From Terriglobia bacterium (GTDB lineage Bacteria; Acidobacteriota; Terriglobia; Bryobacterales; JACQDG01): DNA of 53,338 nt. This document shows, piece after piece, positions 33,700 through 42,376 of this stretch; position 1 is the first letter of the stretch; every line of letters starts with the position of its first letter. Position numbers and translations under genes: made by a program. The stretch lies in the NCBI GenBank assembly GCA_041477815.1, contig JBGOUV010000001.1:1-53338 (forward strand), given 5' to 3'. The notes below the pieces were generated by a model. It was not told the DNA's origin and did not search any database. It saw only the letters and a program-made list of their open reading frames with translations.

Positions 33700-34449
33700 A
33701 TGATCACCCGACGCAACTTTCTCGCCTCCCTCGCCGCTGCCCGCCTGGCCGCGGCAGCCGTGGAGGACAAAGAAAAAGTCCCGGTTGTTGCCAAGCGCGT
33801 GGAAAAAGCCTTCCAGGCGCCCGGCAAGATGCCCAACGGCCTGCAGTGCATGGCCGACGGCCTCTGGATCCTCAACCAAGAGGATCCCAACAAGGCGCAC
33901 AAGGTCCGCTACGAGGACGGCAAGGTGCTGGCCGAGATCCAGACTGAGTCCATCCACGGCAGCGGCATCACCTACGGCAACGGCGCTCTATGGATTGCCT
34001 CGACCTATGGACTCAAGACCCTCAAAGTGAATCCCAAGACGGGCCAGACCTTGAAGTCCTTCGACACGCCGGGCGCGGGCCTGCCAAAATGGGGCAAGCC
34101 GACGCGTCCCTCGGGCGCCCACGGCCTGGAGTGGGTCGACGGCAAGTATTGGATCGCCGTGCCCCCGGCGGTCACCATCTACCTGATCGAGCCGGAGACC
34201 GGTAAGGTCGTCCGCAGCATCCCGGCCCCGGGCAACCGTCCCCACGGCATCGCCTGGGATAACGGCTACCTGTGGTGCGTCGAGTCCAACGACCGGGCCA
34301 TCTATAAGATGGACCCCGAGGACGGGCGTTTGCTGGCCAAGGTCCAGTTGTCGAAGGACGACCCCGAGCCGCACGGGTTCTCCATGTGGAAGGGCGCGAT
34401 GTGGTACTCGGACGCGGGGGGAAGCCGGTGGGTATGCCGGCTGGTGTAG
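33700..34449 (+). CDS. Tat-signal beta-propeller-like protein, uncharacterised (possibly glutaminyl-cyclase-like fold)
   Basis: ORF track 249 aa. Tat motif TRRNFLASLAAARLAAAAV. Repeated units: GLWILNQ, GALWIAS, GKYWIAV, GYLWCVE and GAMWYSD. Confidence 0.55.
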   Translation: MITRRNFLASLAAARLAAAAVEDKEKVPVVAKRVEKAFQAPGKMPNGLQCMADGLWILNQEDPNKAHKVRYEDGKVLAEIQTESIHGSGITYGNGALWIASTYGLKTLKVNPKTGQTLKSFDTPGAGLPKWGKPTRPSGAHGLEWVDGKYWIAVPPAVTIYLIEPETGKVVRSIPAPGNRPHGIAWDNGYLWCVESNDRAIYKMDPEDGRLLAKVQLSKDDPEPHGFSMWKGAMWYSDAGGSRWVCRLV

Positions 34450-34909
34450 GCCAAGGCGAGACCGCGTCAGACGGAAGTTTGCGCGCTCTTGGCCACCGCC
34501 CAAGTGACCATGGCCGCGCTCCGAACAGTCGGCAAGCTGACCGGCGGCCTTGGTGCACCGAGTGGTTCCGCTACCCGCGGTCCCTGAACAGCCCGCCGGT
34601 GACCGCGTTCTCCCGGGCAGGTTGCGATTTCTGCATCCCAAGTGGGTGTCAGGACATCTGTTCAGGTGTGTCGGTGTCGCTACCAGCGGCAGCCCCTGGA
34701 GGACTCGTTAATAGCTGGGTCAGTGGTCGTCCTCGGCGCCCGGCGGTCTCGGTGGCGGACCCGAGAAGAGCGGCTGGCGCACGGGCTGTGGAAGGCTGGT
34801 CATTCTGTCATCTTGCTGTTTCCGAACGAGGAGGTGGGAGCCAGGCAGTCTAGAAGAAGACATTGCGGTTTCGAATGCCGAACTCAAGCCATTGAGGCGG
34901 GGGAACCAA

Positions 34910-35015
34910 GTTAGTCGGGGCGCAGTCCGGTTCGCCGGACCGGGTACTTTCGAGCCCTAGCCCGTCAGCTAACCTCGCAGGCGAATTTGAAGGTCACCCT
35001 GCTCCAAACAGGGTG
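34910..35015 (+). promoter_or_regulatory. Structured part of the 5' leader of the APC transporter: a three-helix element followed by an RBS-proximal hairpin
   Basis: Read directly. GTTAG(34910-14)...CTAAC(34959-63) encloses the hairpin GUCCGG-UUCG-CCGGAC (34925-34940) and GGGU...GCCC. A second hairpin, CACCCTG-N7-CAGGGTG (34995-35015), ends at the purine-rich RBS GGAAAGGAAG. Confidence 0.4.
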
Positions 35016-35030
35016 GAAAGGAAGACTTCT

Positions 35031-37316
35031 ATGTCAAGCACGGATGCGCGCATGACGACCAAAGTCGTGGTCGCTACGACCGTCATGCTCTCTTTTATTT
35101 CCTTCTGGCGCGCGGCGGCGATCGTACTGAATGATCTCGCTTCGACGGCCTACTACATCGGTGGGATCTCCGAAACTGCGATCGGCAAAGCAGCGCCCTG
35201 GTTTGTCCTGGCCATCATGCTGTTCTCCTACGCGGTGCGGGCGGTTTACATCGAAAGCTGCAGCATGTTTGTCCGGGGCGGAGTATACCGGGTTGTACAG
35301 GAGGCCCTGGGCGGCACCATGGCGAAGCTCTCCGTGTCGGCTCTCATGTTTGACTACATCCTGACAGGTCCGATCAGCGCCGTCAGCGCCGGCCTGTACC
35401 TGGGTGGACTGATCAACGAGGTGGCGGAATCCCTGCACCTGAGCACGGCCCAGGTTCCGACCCGGGCCTTCGCCGTGGCGTTTGCGGTGGTGGTGACCAT
35501 CTACTTCTGGCGGAAGAATATCATAGGCATCCCGGAGTCCAGCCAGAAGGCGTTGCAGATCATGCAGGTCACGACGGTCATGGTTGTAATACTGATCGCC
35601 TGGTGCCTGCTCACCATCTTCCGGAACGGATATCAGCCGGTGCCGACCCCGGTAATGGCCCACCTGCACTTCAGCGAGAACGCCCTGGGGTGGCTCCGCG
35701 GTACTGTCGCCCCGCTGATTCCGGCTCTTGCGATTCTTATCGGCCTGGGTCATTCGCTGCTGGCCATGAGCGGCGAGGAGAGCATGGCCCAGGTTTACCG
35801 CGAAATCGCGCACCCCAAACTGAAGAACTTGGAGCGCGCGGGCTTCGTGATATTCCTCTACAGCCTGCTGTTCACCTCGCTGGTTTCCTTCTTCGCGGTC
35901 ATGATCATTCCAGACGCGGAGCGCGGCAAGCATCTGGACAACCTCATCGGCGGACTCGCCATGTTCCTGGCCGGACCCCTGCCGCTTCGACTGCTGTTCC
36001 ATGGCTTCGTGGTGCTGGCGGGCACTCTGATCCTGGCGGGCGCTGTGAATACGTCGATCATCGGGTCCAACGGTGTGCTGAATCGGGTCTCCGAGGATGG
36101 GGTCCTGCCCGACTGGTTCCGCCACCCGCACTCCAGGTTTGGAACTACGCACCGGTTGATCAACCTGGTCACGCTTCTGCAAGTCGCCACCATTCTCATC
36201 AGCCGGGGCAATGTCTACCTGCTGGGTGAGGCCTACGCTTTCGGGGTGATGTGGAGCTTCGCCCTCAAGGCGCTCTCGGTGCTGGTCCTGCGCTACAAAC
36301 GGCCGGAAGGGCGGGAATGGAAGGTGCCGCTGAACTTCCGGTTGGGAAGCCTCGAGATACCGGTCGGCCTGGGACTGATCACCACGGCTCTGTTTGCGCT
36401 CGCCACCATCAACGTGCTCACGAAGAAAACTGCGACGTTGTCCGGGCTGGGATTTACCCTGATTTTCTTCCTGACTTTCCAGCTTTCGGAATGGCATCAC
36501 CGCCGGCGCCGGTCGGCGTGGGCACCGGAAATGGAAAAGTTCCGCGTCGAGGTGGCAGAGGGTGTCTCGCTCGGGTCGGTAGGAGCAAGGCCCGGCAACG
36601 TCCTGGTCGGCGTTCGGAATCCCCATCGGCTGGATCACTTGTGGCAGGCTCTCGAAAAGACCGACACGGCCAAGGTGGACCTCGTGGCGCTGGCGGTCCG
36701 GCGGATCGATCCGGCGGGGTCGGGCGAATACGACCTCCACCCCGGTCAGCTCTTTGCCGACGACGAAACCCGGCTGTTCAGCAAGGTCGTGTCGCTCGCG
36801 GAGAAGGCAGGCAAGCCAGTCAAATTGCTGACGGTTTCGGGCCCCGATCCCAACCTGGTCCTGGTGCAGGTTGCACAAAGGCTGGAGTCGTCGAAGATCA
36901 TGGCCGGCCGGTCAGGCAAACTGAGCGCGGATGAGCAGGCGCGGCTGGTAGGACTGGCCTGGGAACGACTCGCCGAGCCCCGCCCAGCGCTCTCCTTTGA
37001 GATCGTCTCTCCGGGAGAGGCGTCGCGATTCTACAACCTCGGTCCGCATCCCCCCCGGCTCTGGCCCGAGGATGTCGAACTGGCCCACCGGATGTGGCTG
37101 GGGCTGAGCGATCGATTTGGGGTCAGGCTGCATCACCGGGATGTCGTCGGGGTCGCTCTCCGGCGGATGGCCGAAGACCTGCGATCCAACCGTGCCGCGG
37201 AGGTTGCAGAGGCCCTGAACCTGGAACTGGAAACCCGGCAACCGGCGGGGCCGGTCGAGGAGCGAGTCGCGCCCGAAACCGGTTCACACGGCGGTGCTGT
37301 CGTGGAACCGCCATGA
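35031..37316 (+). CDS. APC-superfamily amino acid/polyamine permease fused to a C-terminal Usp-like cytoplasmic domain
   Basis: In ORF 35013..37316. I prefer the ATG at 35031. About 12 TM segments, then NVLVGVRNPHRLDHL...KPVKLLTVSGPDPNLVLVQVAQRLESSKIMAGRSG, which looks like a universal-stress-protein fold. Confidence 0.8.
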   Translation: MSSTDARMTTKVVVATTVMLSFISFWRAAAIVLNDLASTAYYIGGISETAIGKAAPWFVLAIMLFSYAVRAVYIESCSMFVRGGVYRVVQEALGGTMAKLSVSALMFDYILTGPISAVSAGLYLGGLINEVAESLHLSTAQVPTRAFAVAFAVVVTIYFWRKNIIGIPESSQKALQIMQVTTVMVVILIAWCLLTIFRNGYQPVPTPVMAHLHFSENALGWLRGTVAPLIPALAILIGLGHSLLAMSGEESMAQVYREIAHPKLKNLERAGFVIFLYSLLFTSLVSFFAVMIIPDAERGKHLDNLIGGLAMFLAGPLPLRLLFHGFVVLAGTLILAGAVNTSIIGSNGVLNRVSEDGVLPDWFRHPHSRFGTTHRLINLVTLLQVATILISRGNVYLLGEAYAFGVMWSFALKALSVLVLRYKRPEGREWKVPLNFRLGSLEIPVGLGLITTALFALATINVLTKKTATLSGLGFTLIFFLTFQLSEWHHRRRRSAWAPEMEKFRVEVAEGVSLGSVGARPGNVLVGVRNPHRLDHLWQALEKTDTAKVDLVALAVRRIDPAGSGEYDLHPGQLFADDETRLFSKVVSLAEKAGKPVKLLTVSGPDPNLVLVQVAQRLESSKIMAGRSGKLSADEQARLVGLAWERLAEPRPALSFEIVSPGEASRFYNLGPHPPRLWPEDVELAHRMWLGLSDRFGVRLHHRDVVGVALRRMAEDLRSNRAAEVAEALNLELETRQPAGPVEERVAPETGSHGGAVVEPP

Positions 37317-37479
37317 AATGCGGCCGTCTTCCACGCACCTGCCGGTCTGCGGCTCGCGCAGCGTTCCAAGCACGAACTGCGGGGCGACGGACGACGTCCT
37401 GCGGCGGGCGGAGACGGCCAGTATTTGCGGTGCCGACCGGCACATTCTGAGCGATCCGCCGTAGGTTGGGGGGGGCCGG

Positions 37480-37540
37480 GCAATTCACCTCCAAGACACC
37501 AAGAAAACCAGGATTCTTGGTGTCGTGGGTGGTGAATTGC
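37480..37540. terminator. Long imperfect hairpin between convergent units (GCAATTCACC..GACACCAAGAA-N8-TTCTTGGTGTC..GGTGAATTGC)
   Basis: Read directly. Inner stem of 11 bp (37495-37505 / 37514-37524). Outer stem of 10 bp (37480-37489 / 37531-37540). AT-richer than the surrounding sequence. Confidence 0.5.
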
Positions 37541-37545
37541 GGCGG

Positions 37546-37713
37546 TTACGTTCTGGCCAGGTTCACTCGCACCGGTTGCTCCACCACGGGCGCCACCGGC
37601 CCACCCGCCTGGACCGTGCTCTTCCCGACGTAGTACCCCGCCCAAAAGAAGACACAAAACATCACCGCCAGCAGGCCCACTACCATCAGCGACTCTCGGA
37701 TGTTTCGCAGCAA
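37546..37713 (-). CDS. Possible 55-aa single-TM peptide downstream of the beta-lactamase-fold gene
   Basis: Own translation; too short for the ORF track. TTG at 37713: MLRNIRESLMVVGLLAVMFCVFFWAGYYVGKSTVQAGGPVAPVVEQPVRVNLART*. Supported only by hydrophobicity and GC3. Confidence 0.25.
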   Translation of the reverse strand: MLRNIRESLMVVGLLAVMFCVFFWAGYYVGKSTVQAGGPVAPVVEQPVRVNLART

Positions 37714-37796
37714 GATCTGTATTCTGCCCCGACCCGCCGCCCCTCTTCAATAGCTCTGGCGACTCAGTACCAACCGGGCGCCTACCCAGTACGAAA

Positions 37797-38888
37797 CTAG
37801 GCCACCGCCTGGGCCACCGCCGCCGACACCCGCTTCCGGAAGTCGGTCTTTTCGTTGACCTCGGGCCGGTTGGTGAAGAGCACGAAAACGATCTGGCGGC
37901 CGGGGTCGGCCCAGCACAGCGTCCCCGTCGCCCCGCCGTGGCCGAACATCGCCGCCGGCGACCCGTCGTAGAACGCTCCCGCGCCTACCTTCCACCCCAG
38001 CCCCCACGGGGTGTTCAGGCCCTTGTTCTGGTCGCTCACCATGGCCTTCGCAGTCTCGGGTCGCAGGACCGGTTTGCCCGCGTCCAGCATCGCTTCCAGC
38101 GCCCGGGCGATGTCCCCCACCGTGGTGTGCATCCCGCCCCACGGCGTCCCTAGGGTGCGCCAGTACGGGCTGTTCCAGTGCCAGGCCCGGTCGGCCTCCG
38201 TCTGCGGCACATCGCCCACCAGAGGCAGGTCCACCTGGACCGTATCCTCGATCCGGTTCTTGCCGAGTCCCATGGAGCTGCGGCTCATGCCCAGGGGCGC
38301 GAAGATCTCCTCTTGCAGAAAGGCGTCCAGTTTCTGCCCGGTGGTGCGCTCCAGGATCTCGGCCGCCAGCAGGATGCCCATGCTCTGATACGACACCTTC
38401 GTCCCCGCCGGAAACAGCAGCGGCGTCCGCAGCGTGCCGGCTACAAAGTCTTTCAGAGGGGCCTGCCGCTTCCGCAACTCGAGATTGTCAGGCAGCATGT
38501 CCGGCAGGCCGGAGGCATGGCACAGGAGCTGCCGCACCGTGATCTTCTCCCGGGCGTCCCCCTTGAAATCCGGCAGATACTTCGTCACGGGGTCTTCCAG
38601 CCGCACCCGGCCCCGCTCCACCAGCTTCATGAATCCCATGACCGTGATGGGTTTGGAGATCGAAGCCACCAGAAATACGGTGTCCGGCCGGCACTCGGGG
38701 GCGGCCGGATCCCGGCGCAGCCTTCCGTAGCTGCGCTCTACGGCCACCATCCCGTTCCGCGCCACCAGCAACGCCGCCGCACCCAGCTTCCCGTCGGCCA
38801 CCTCCTGGTCCAGCAGCCGGCAGGCGGAACCCAGCTTCTCCGGCGTAAACCCCGCCTTCTCAGCCATACCCCTCCGCAGCTCTCGCAT
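37797..38888 (-). CDS. Beta-lactamase-fold serine hydrolase, paralog of 19193-20311
   Basis: ORF track 363 aa. SxxK motif ASISKP, plus HGGATG. Long collinear similarity to the 19193-20311 product (for example RTPLLF/RTPLLY, YQSMGILLAAEI, NSPYWR..G.PWGGMH.T). Confidence 0.85.
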   Translation of the reverse strand: MRELRRGMAEKAGFTPEKLGSACRLLDQEVADGKLGAAALLVARNGMVAVERSYGRLRRDPAAPECRPDTVFLVASISKPITVMGFMKLVERGRVRLEDPVTKYLPDFKGDAREKITVRQLLCHASGLPDMLPDNLELRKRQAPLKDFVAGTLRTPLLFPAGTKVSYQSMGILLAAEILERTTGQKLDAFLQEEIFAPLGMSRSSMGLGKNRIEDTVQVDLPLVGDVPQTEADRAWHWNSPYWRTLGTPWGGMHTTVGDIARALEAMLDAGKPVLRPETAKAMVSDQNKGLNTPWGLGWKVGAGAFYDGSPAAMFGHGGATGTLCWADPGRQIVFVLFTNRPEVNEKTDFRKRVSAAVAQAVA

Positions 38889-39006
38889 AACCCCGGAGTA
38901 TACCTTAGGTCATATGACTCTAGAAATACGGCGAAATGCCGAAGACAAATAAGAACCTCAGCGGTTTGAAAAGCAACGCCTGTTTGCCTCAACCTAAAGA
39001 AACCAT

Positions 39007-42000
39007 ATGCGCCTTCTCGTCTCGCTCACCCTTCTGGCCGTCTCCTCGATGCTGGCCGCTCCGTCGGGCGCGGTCAAGGGCTATGTCAAAGATCCTTCGG
39101 CGGCAATGGTTCCCGGTGCGGTGCTGATTCTCACCAGTCCGGACACCGGACTCAGCCGGCGCGCCACCTCCAACGCCGATGGATACTTTCAATTCCTGCA
39201 ACTGGCCCCTGGGCGCTACGACCTCAACACCGAGGCCGGCGGGTTCCGCAGGTCCTCCCTTCGTGATATCGCAGTACTGATCGGACAGATCGTCTCCCTG
39301 GAAGTGGCCCTGGAAATTGGGCAGATCACCGAGGTGGTCGAGGTCACCCAGCCCCTGGCCCCAAGGATCGAGCCGGAGAAGTCCTCCACCGGAGTGGTGA
39401 TGGACGTGGCCCTGGTCCGCCACCTGCCCGTCTCCGGCCGGCAGTTCCTCGACTTGGCCGCCCTGACCCCCGGCGTCACTCTCCAGGCCCCCGGCACCCA
39501 GACCGGCGGTTTCGCCTCCGCCGGCCAGCGCGCGCAGTCCAACCAGTTTCTCCTGGACGGCATCAGTAATGTCGATCCCCAGGTCAACGGACCGCTGAAC
39601 AGCTTCCGCATCGCCGACGCCGTGCAGGAGTTCAGCGTGACCACCACCGTCGCCCCGGCCGAATTCGGGCGCGTCTCCGGGGCCCAGGTCAACATCGTGA
39701 CCAAGAGCGGCAGCAACCAGTTCCACGGGACGGCCTTCTGGCTCCATCGCAACGATGCTCTCGAAGCTACCGACTTCTTTACCAACAAGCTCGGCGGCGC
39801 CAAGCGCGTTTTGCGACGCCATCAATACGGGGCCACCGCCGGCGGCCCGATCCGCCGCGACCGCACCTTCTTCTTCTATAGTTGGGAGCGCTTCTGGCAG
39901 AAGAACCCCGTGCCCACCTCGGGCGTCGTCCCCACCGCCGCCGAGCGGGCGGCCGTGACCGACCCCATCGCCCGCGGCCTCCTCTCGTTCTGGCCCCTGC
40001 CCACGGACCCCAGCATCGCCGCCGGCCGCACCAACTTCATCGGCAACATCCCCCAGAACACGTTCGATAACACGCACCTGGTCCGGCTTGACCACGCCGT
40101 CTCGGACCGCAACCGTCTCACCGGCCGCTACCTCTGGAACGGTGGTACTAACCTGGTGGGCGGCGCCATCCCGACTTCGGGCGCGCGCAATGGCACCCCC
40201 AGCAGCCAGTCGATCGTGTTAGCCGATACCCACGCCTTCTCGCCCACCTGGCTGGCCGAGATCCGGCTCGGTCTCGCCCGCAATACCCAGGACTTTACCG
40301 CCCAGGACCTCGGTTTCAACGCCGCCCCCCTGTTTCCCGGCGTGCGCGGCGTGGTCGACGCCACGCGCGACGGCCTGGAGAACAGCGGGCTGCCCTTCAT
40401 CTTCGTCTCCGGATACGCCTCGCTGGGTACCGCCACCAATGTGCCCCAAGGCCGCACAACCAATACCTATGACCTGAGCGCGGCCGCCACCAAGATCGCG
40501 CCGGGCGGCTTCTCGCGCCACACTCTTCGCTTCGGCGGCCAGGGACGCCGCGAGGAGATGCGCCGCTACAACAACGCCACCATGCGCGGCCAACTGGTGT
40601 TCGCCACCTTCGCCGACTTCGCCGGAACCTGCGCCGCCTGCGGTGGCCGTTCGCTGCTGAACTCCTCCACCATCCGCACCGGCTCCACCCTGGGTCACTG
40701 GTACCGCTACCCGTGGGCCTTCTGGCTGGAGGACAACATCAAGCTCCGCCGCAACCTGACCCTGCAGCTCGGTCTCCGCTACGAGATCCCCTCGGCTATG
40801 GTGGAGAAGAACAACCGCGCCACCAACTTCGTCGAGGGCGTCGGGCCCATGCTCGCCGGCACCAACCAGATCTTGAACCTGGATCCCACTAAGTCCGGCC
40901 CGGCGGCCTTCTTTTACACCCCGGCTTCCTTCACCCTGCCGCGCGCCGGTTCCACCACCGACCGCAACAACCTGGCTCCCGTGGTCGGATTCGCCTACGC
41001 GCCCGGCAGCCGCACCGTCCTGCGCGGCGGGTTCCGGGTCGGCTACGACGAGATGTTCCACAACGTCCCGGTCAACCAGACCCTCAATCCCCCCTGGTCC
41101 CTCACCACCACGCAGCGCGCCGGCACCACCCAGCCGGCTGCCGGGTATCGCTGGGATCTGGCTTTCGACCAGAGCGTCCCCCTGGTGGCCCGCACCACCC
41201 AGGAACCGGGGCGTCCGGCCCTCGGCCTGCTCTCCTACACCGCTTATGACACGCACGCCCCGTCTCCCTACGCCTACAACTGGAATTTCGGCCTGCAGCA
41301 GGCCCTCTCCGGCGGCGCTGCCTTCGAGTTGAGCTACATCGGCTCGGCGGGTCACAAGCTGGCGGTCAACGTCGACGCCAACGAGCCGGCGGTGGTCCTG
41401 CGCGATGCCGGCTACCGCGGCGCCCAGGCCCCCAACGAGCAGATCTTCCCCTACCCGCGGTGGAGCGGAATCAGCCTGACCACCTTCCAGTCCAACTCGA
41501 TCTATCACGGGCTGGTCGCCTCCTGGCGGTGGCGTCACCGCCAGTGGCTCAACGCCGGCGGGTCCTACACGCTGGGCCACGCCATCGACAACAACTCCGC
41601 CATCTTCGGCTCCGACGACGACGTCGGCCGGCCCAACACCCGCCGCCGCCTCGACCTGGAGCGCTCCAATAGCGCCAACGACCAGCGGCACCGCTTCATC
41701 GCTTACTGGGTGGCCGACCTCCCCGGCCGCGGCGAACTGCTGGGCGGCTGGCAGCTCTCAGGTATTATAAATGCCTTTTCGGGCCAGCCCTTCACCGTCT
41801 TCTCCAACCAGACCCGCGACTTCAGCGGCTTCAACCAGCTGAACGACCGGCCGGACCTGGTGGGCGCGGGTCCCCTGAGCCTGCGCCGCGGCGACCCCGA
41901 CAACTTCTTCGATCCCCCGTACTTCGGCAAGACCGGCACGGGCTCCTGCCCCGGCTATGTCTCCGCCTCCGCCAACACGATTCCCAACGGCTGCGCCCCC

Positions 42001-42273
42001 CCCGGACGTCCCGGCACCTCGCCCCGCAACGGCTTCTACGGCCCCGGCGTGGTAAACCTGGACGCCTCGATCTCGCGCCGCTTCGCCGTCACCGACCGCG
42101 CCGCCCTGCGCGCCCGCGCCGACTTCTTCAACCTCCCCAACCACACTAACTTCGGCCTCCGCACGGGCAACCGGACCATGAACTCGGGCGAGTTCGGCAA
42201 GCTGACCACCTCGTCCGAGCACCTCTACGGCTCTTCTCGCGTGATCCAACTCGGGCTGCGGCTGGAGTTCTGA
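39007..42273 (+). CDS. TonB-dependent receptor with an N-terminal carboxypeptidase-regulatory-like domain
   Basis: ORF track 1088 aa. Signal peptide, then GAVKGYVKDPSAAMVPGAVLILTSPDTGLSRRATSNADGYFQFLQLAPGRYDL (CarboxypepD_reg). Plug-like GGFASAGQRAQSNQFLLDGISN. C-terminal beta-barrel ending VIQLGLRLEF. Confidence 0.9.
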   Translation: MRLLVSLTLLAVSSMLAAPSGAVKGYVKDPSAAMVPGAVLILTSPDTGLSRRATSNADGYFQFLQLAPGRYDLNTEAGGFRRSSLRDIAVLIGQIVSLEVALEIGQITEVVEVTQPLAPRIEPEKSSTGVVMDVALVRHLPVSGRQFLDLAALTPGVTLQAPGTQTGGFASAGQRAQSNQFLLDGISNVDPQVNGPLNSFRIADAVQEFSVTTTVAPAEFGRVSGAQVNIVTKSGSNQFHGTAFWLHRNDALEATDFFTNKLGGAKRVLRRHQYGATAGGPIRRDRTFFFYSWERFWQKNPVPTSGVVPTAAERAAVTDPIARGLLSFWPLPTDPSIAAGRTNFIGNIPQNTFDNTHLVRLDHAVSDRNRLTGRYLWNGGTNLVGGAIPTSGARNGTPSSQSIVLADTHAFSPTWLAEIRLGLARNTQDFTAQDLGFNAAPLFPGVRGVVDATRDGLENSGLPFIFVSGYASLGTATNVPQGRTTNTYDLSAAATKIAPGGFSRHTLRFGGQGRREEMRRYNNATMRGQLVFATFADFAGTCAACGGRSLLNSSTIRTGSTLGHWYRYPWAFWLEDNIKLRRNLTLQLGLRYEIPSAMVEKNNRATNFVEGVGPMLAGTNQILNLDPTKSGPAAFFYTPASFTLPRAGSTTDRNNLAPVVGFAYAPGSRTVLRGGFRVGYDEMFHNVPVNQTLNPPWSLTTTQRAGTTQPAAGYRWDLAFDQSVPLVARTTQEPGRPALGLLSYTAYDTHAPSPYAYNWNFGLQQALSGGAAFELSYIGSAGHKLAVNVDANEPAVVLRDAGYRGAQAPNEQIFPYPRWSGISLTTFQSNSIYHGLVASWRWRHRQWLNAGGSYTLGHAIDNNSAIFGSDDDVGRPNTRRRLDLERSNSANDQRHRFIAYWVADLPGRGELLGGWQLSGIINAFSGQPFTVFSNQTRDFSGFNQLNDRPDLVGAGPLSLRRGDPDNFFDPPYFGKTGTGSCPGYVSASANTIPNGCAPPGRPGTSPRNGFYGPGVVNLDASISRRFAVTDRAALRARADFFNLPNHTNFGLRTGNRTMNSGEFGKLTTSSEHLYGSSRVIQLGLRLEF

Positions 42274-42294
42274 GGCCGCAGGAAGCCCCGCCCA

Positions 42295-42354
42295 ATGGAT
42301 GAAAATCATCCATAGAGTGGTTGATTTTCATCCACAAAACAGTTGATTTTCATC
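42295..42354. promoter_or_regulatory. Three dyad-symmetric 13-mers (GATGA-N3-TCATC type) with centres exactly 22 bp apart; candidate operator array
   Basis: Read directly. The perfect palindrome ATGGATGA-AAA-TCATCCAT lies at 42295-42313 (centre 42304). GTTGATTTTCATC lies at 42320-42332 (centre 42326) and again at 42342-42354 (centre 42348). The third site overlaps the -35 hexamer. Confidence 0.55.
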
Positions 42355-42371
42355 TACCCCGTGGCTATAAT
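42343..42371 (+). promoter_or_regulatory. Sigma-70-type promoter TTGATT-N17-TATAAT placed for a leaderless or near-leaderless transcript
   Basis: TTGATT at 42343-42348, a 17-nt spacer, TATAAT at 42366-42371, then GAGTC and the ATG at 42377. No Shine-Dalgarno is possible in this spacing. Confidence 0.55.
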
Positions 42372-42376
42372 GAGTC

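Noticed and set aside
34450-35030. Housekeeping RNA (RNase P RNA, tmRNA, SRP RNA, 6S RNA) or a tRNA in the long intergenic region
   Set aside because: The diagnostic sequences are absent on both strands. I looked for GAGGAAAGUCCGGGC (RNase P), a tRNA-like GGUUCGAAUCC...CCA 3' end and tag ORF (tmRNA), GGAAGCAGCC (SRP domain IV) and any cloverleaf with a T-loop. The segment GGTTTCGAATGCC only superficially resembles a T-arm.
38908-38917. 10-bp palindrome GTCATATGAC in the divergent region upstream of the TonB-dependent receptor
   Set aside because: It is short enough to occur by chance in an AT-richer intergenic region. It has no second copy or phased partner, so I did not treat it as a feature.
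42295-42313. Fur box, since it is a 19-bp palindrome next to a TonB-dependent receptor
   Set aside because: It matches GATAATGATAATCATTATC at only about 10 of 19 positions, limited to the central TGA..TCA core. It also lies downstream of the receptor gene, not upstream. I kept it only as an unassigned operator.
42328-42336. DnaA-box-like 9-mer TCATCCACA (8/9 match to TTATCCACA), with weaker copies nearby; possible replication origin
   Set aside because: There is only one near-consensus box. No dnaA, dnaN or AT-rich unwinding element is adjacent. The matches are fully explained by the GATGA-N3-TCATC operator repeats.
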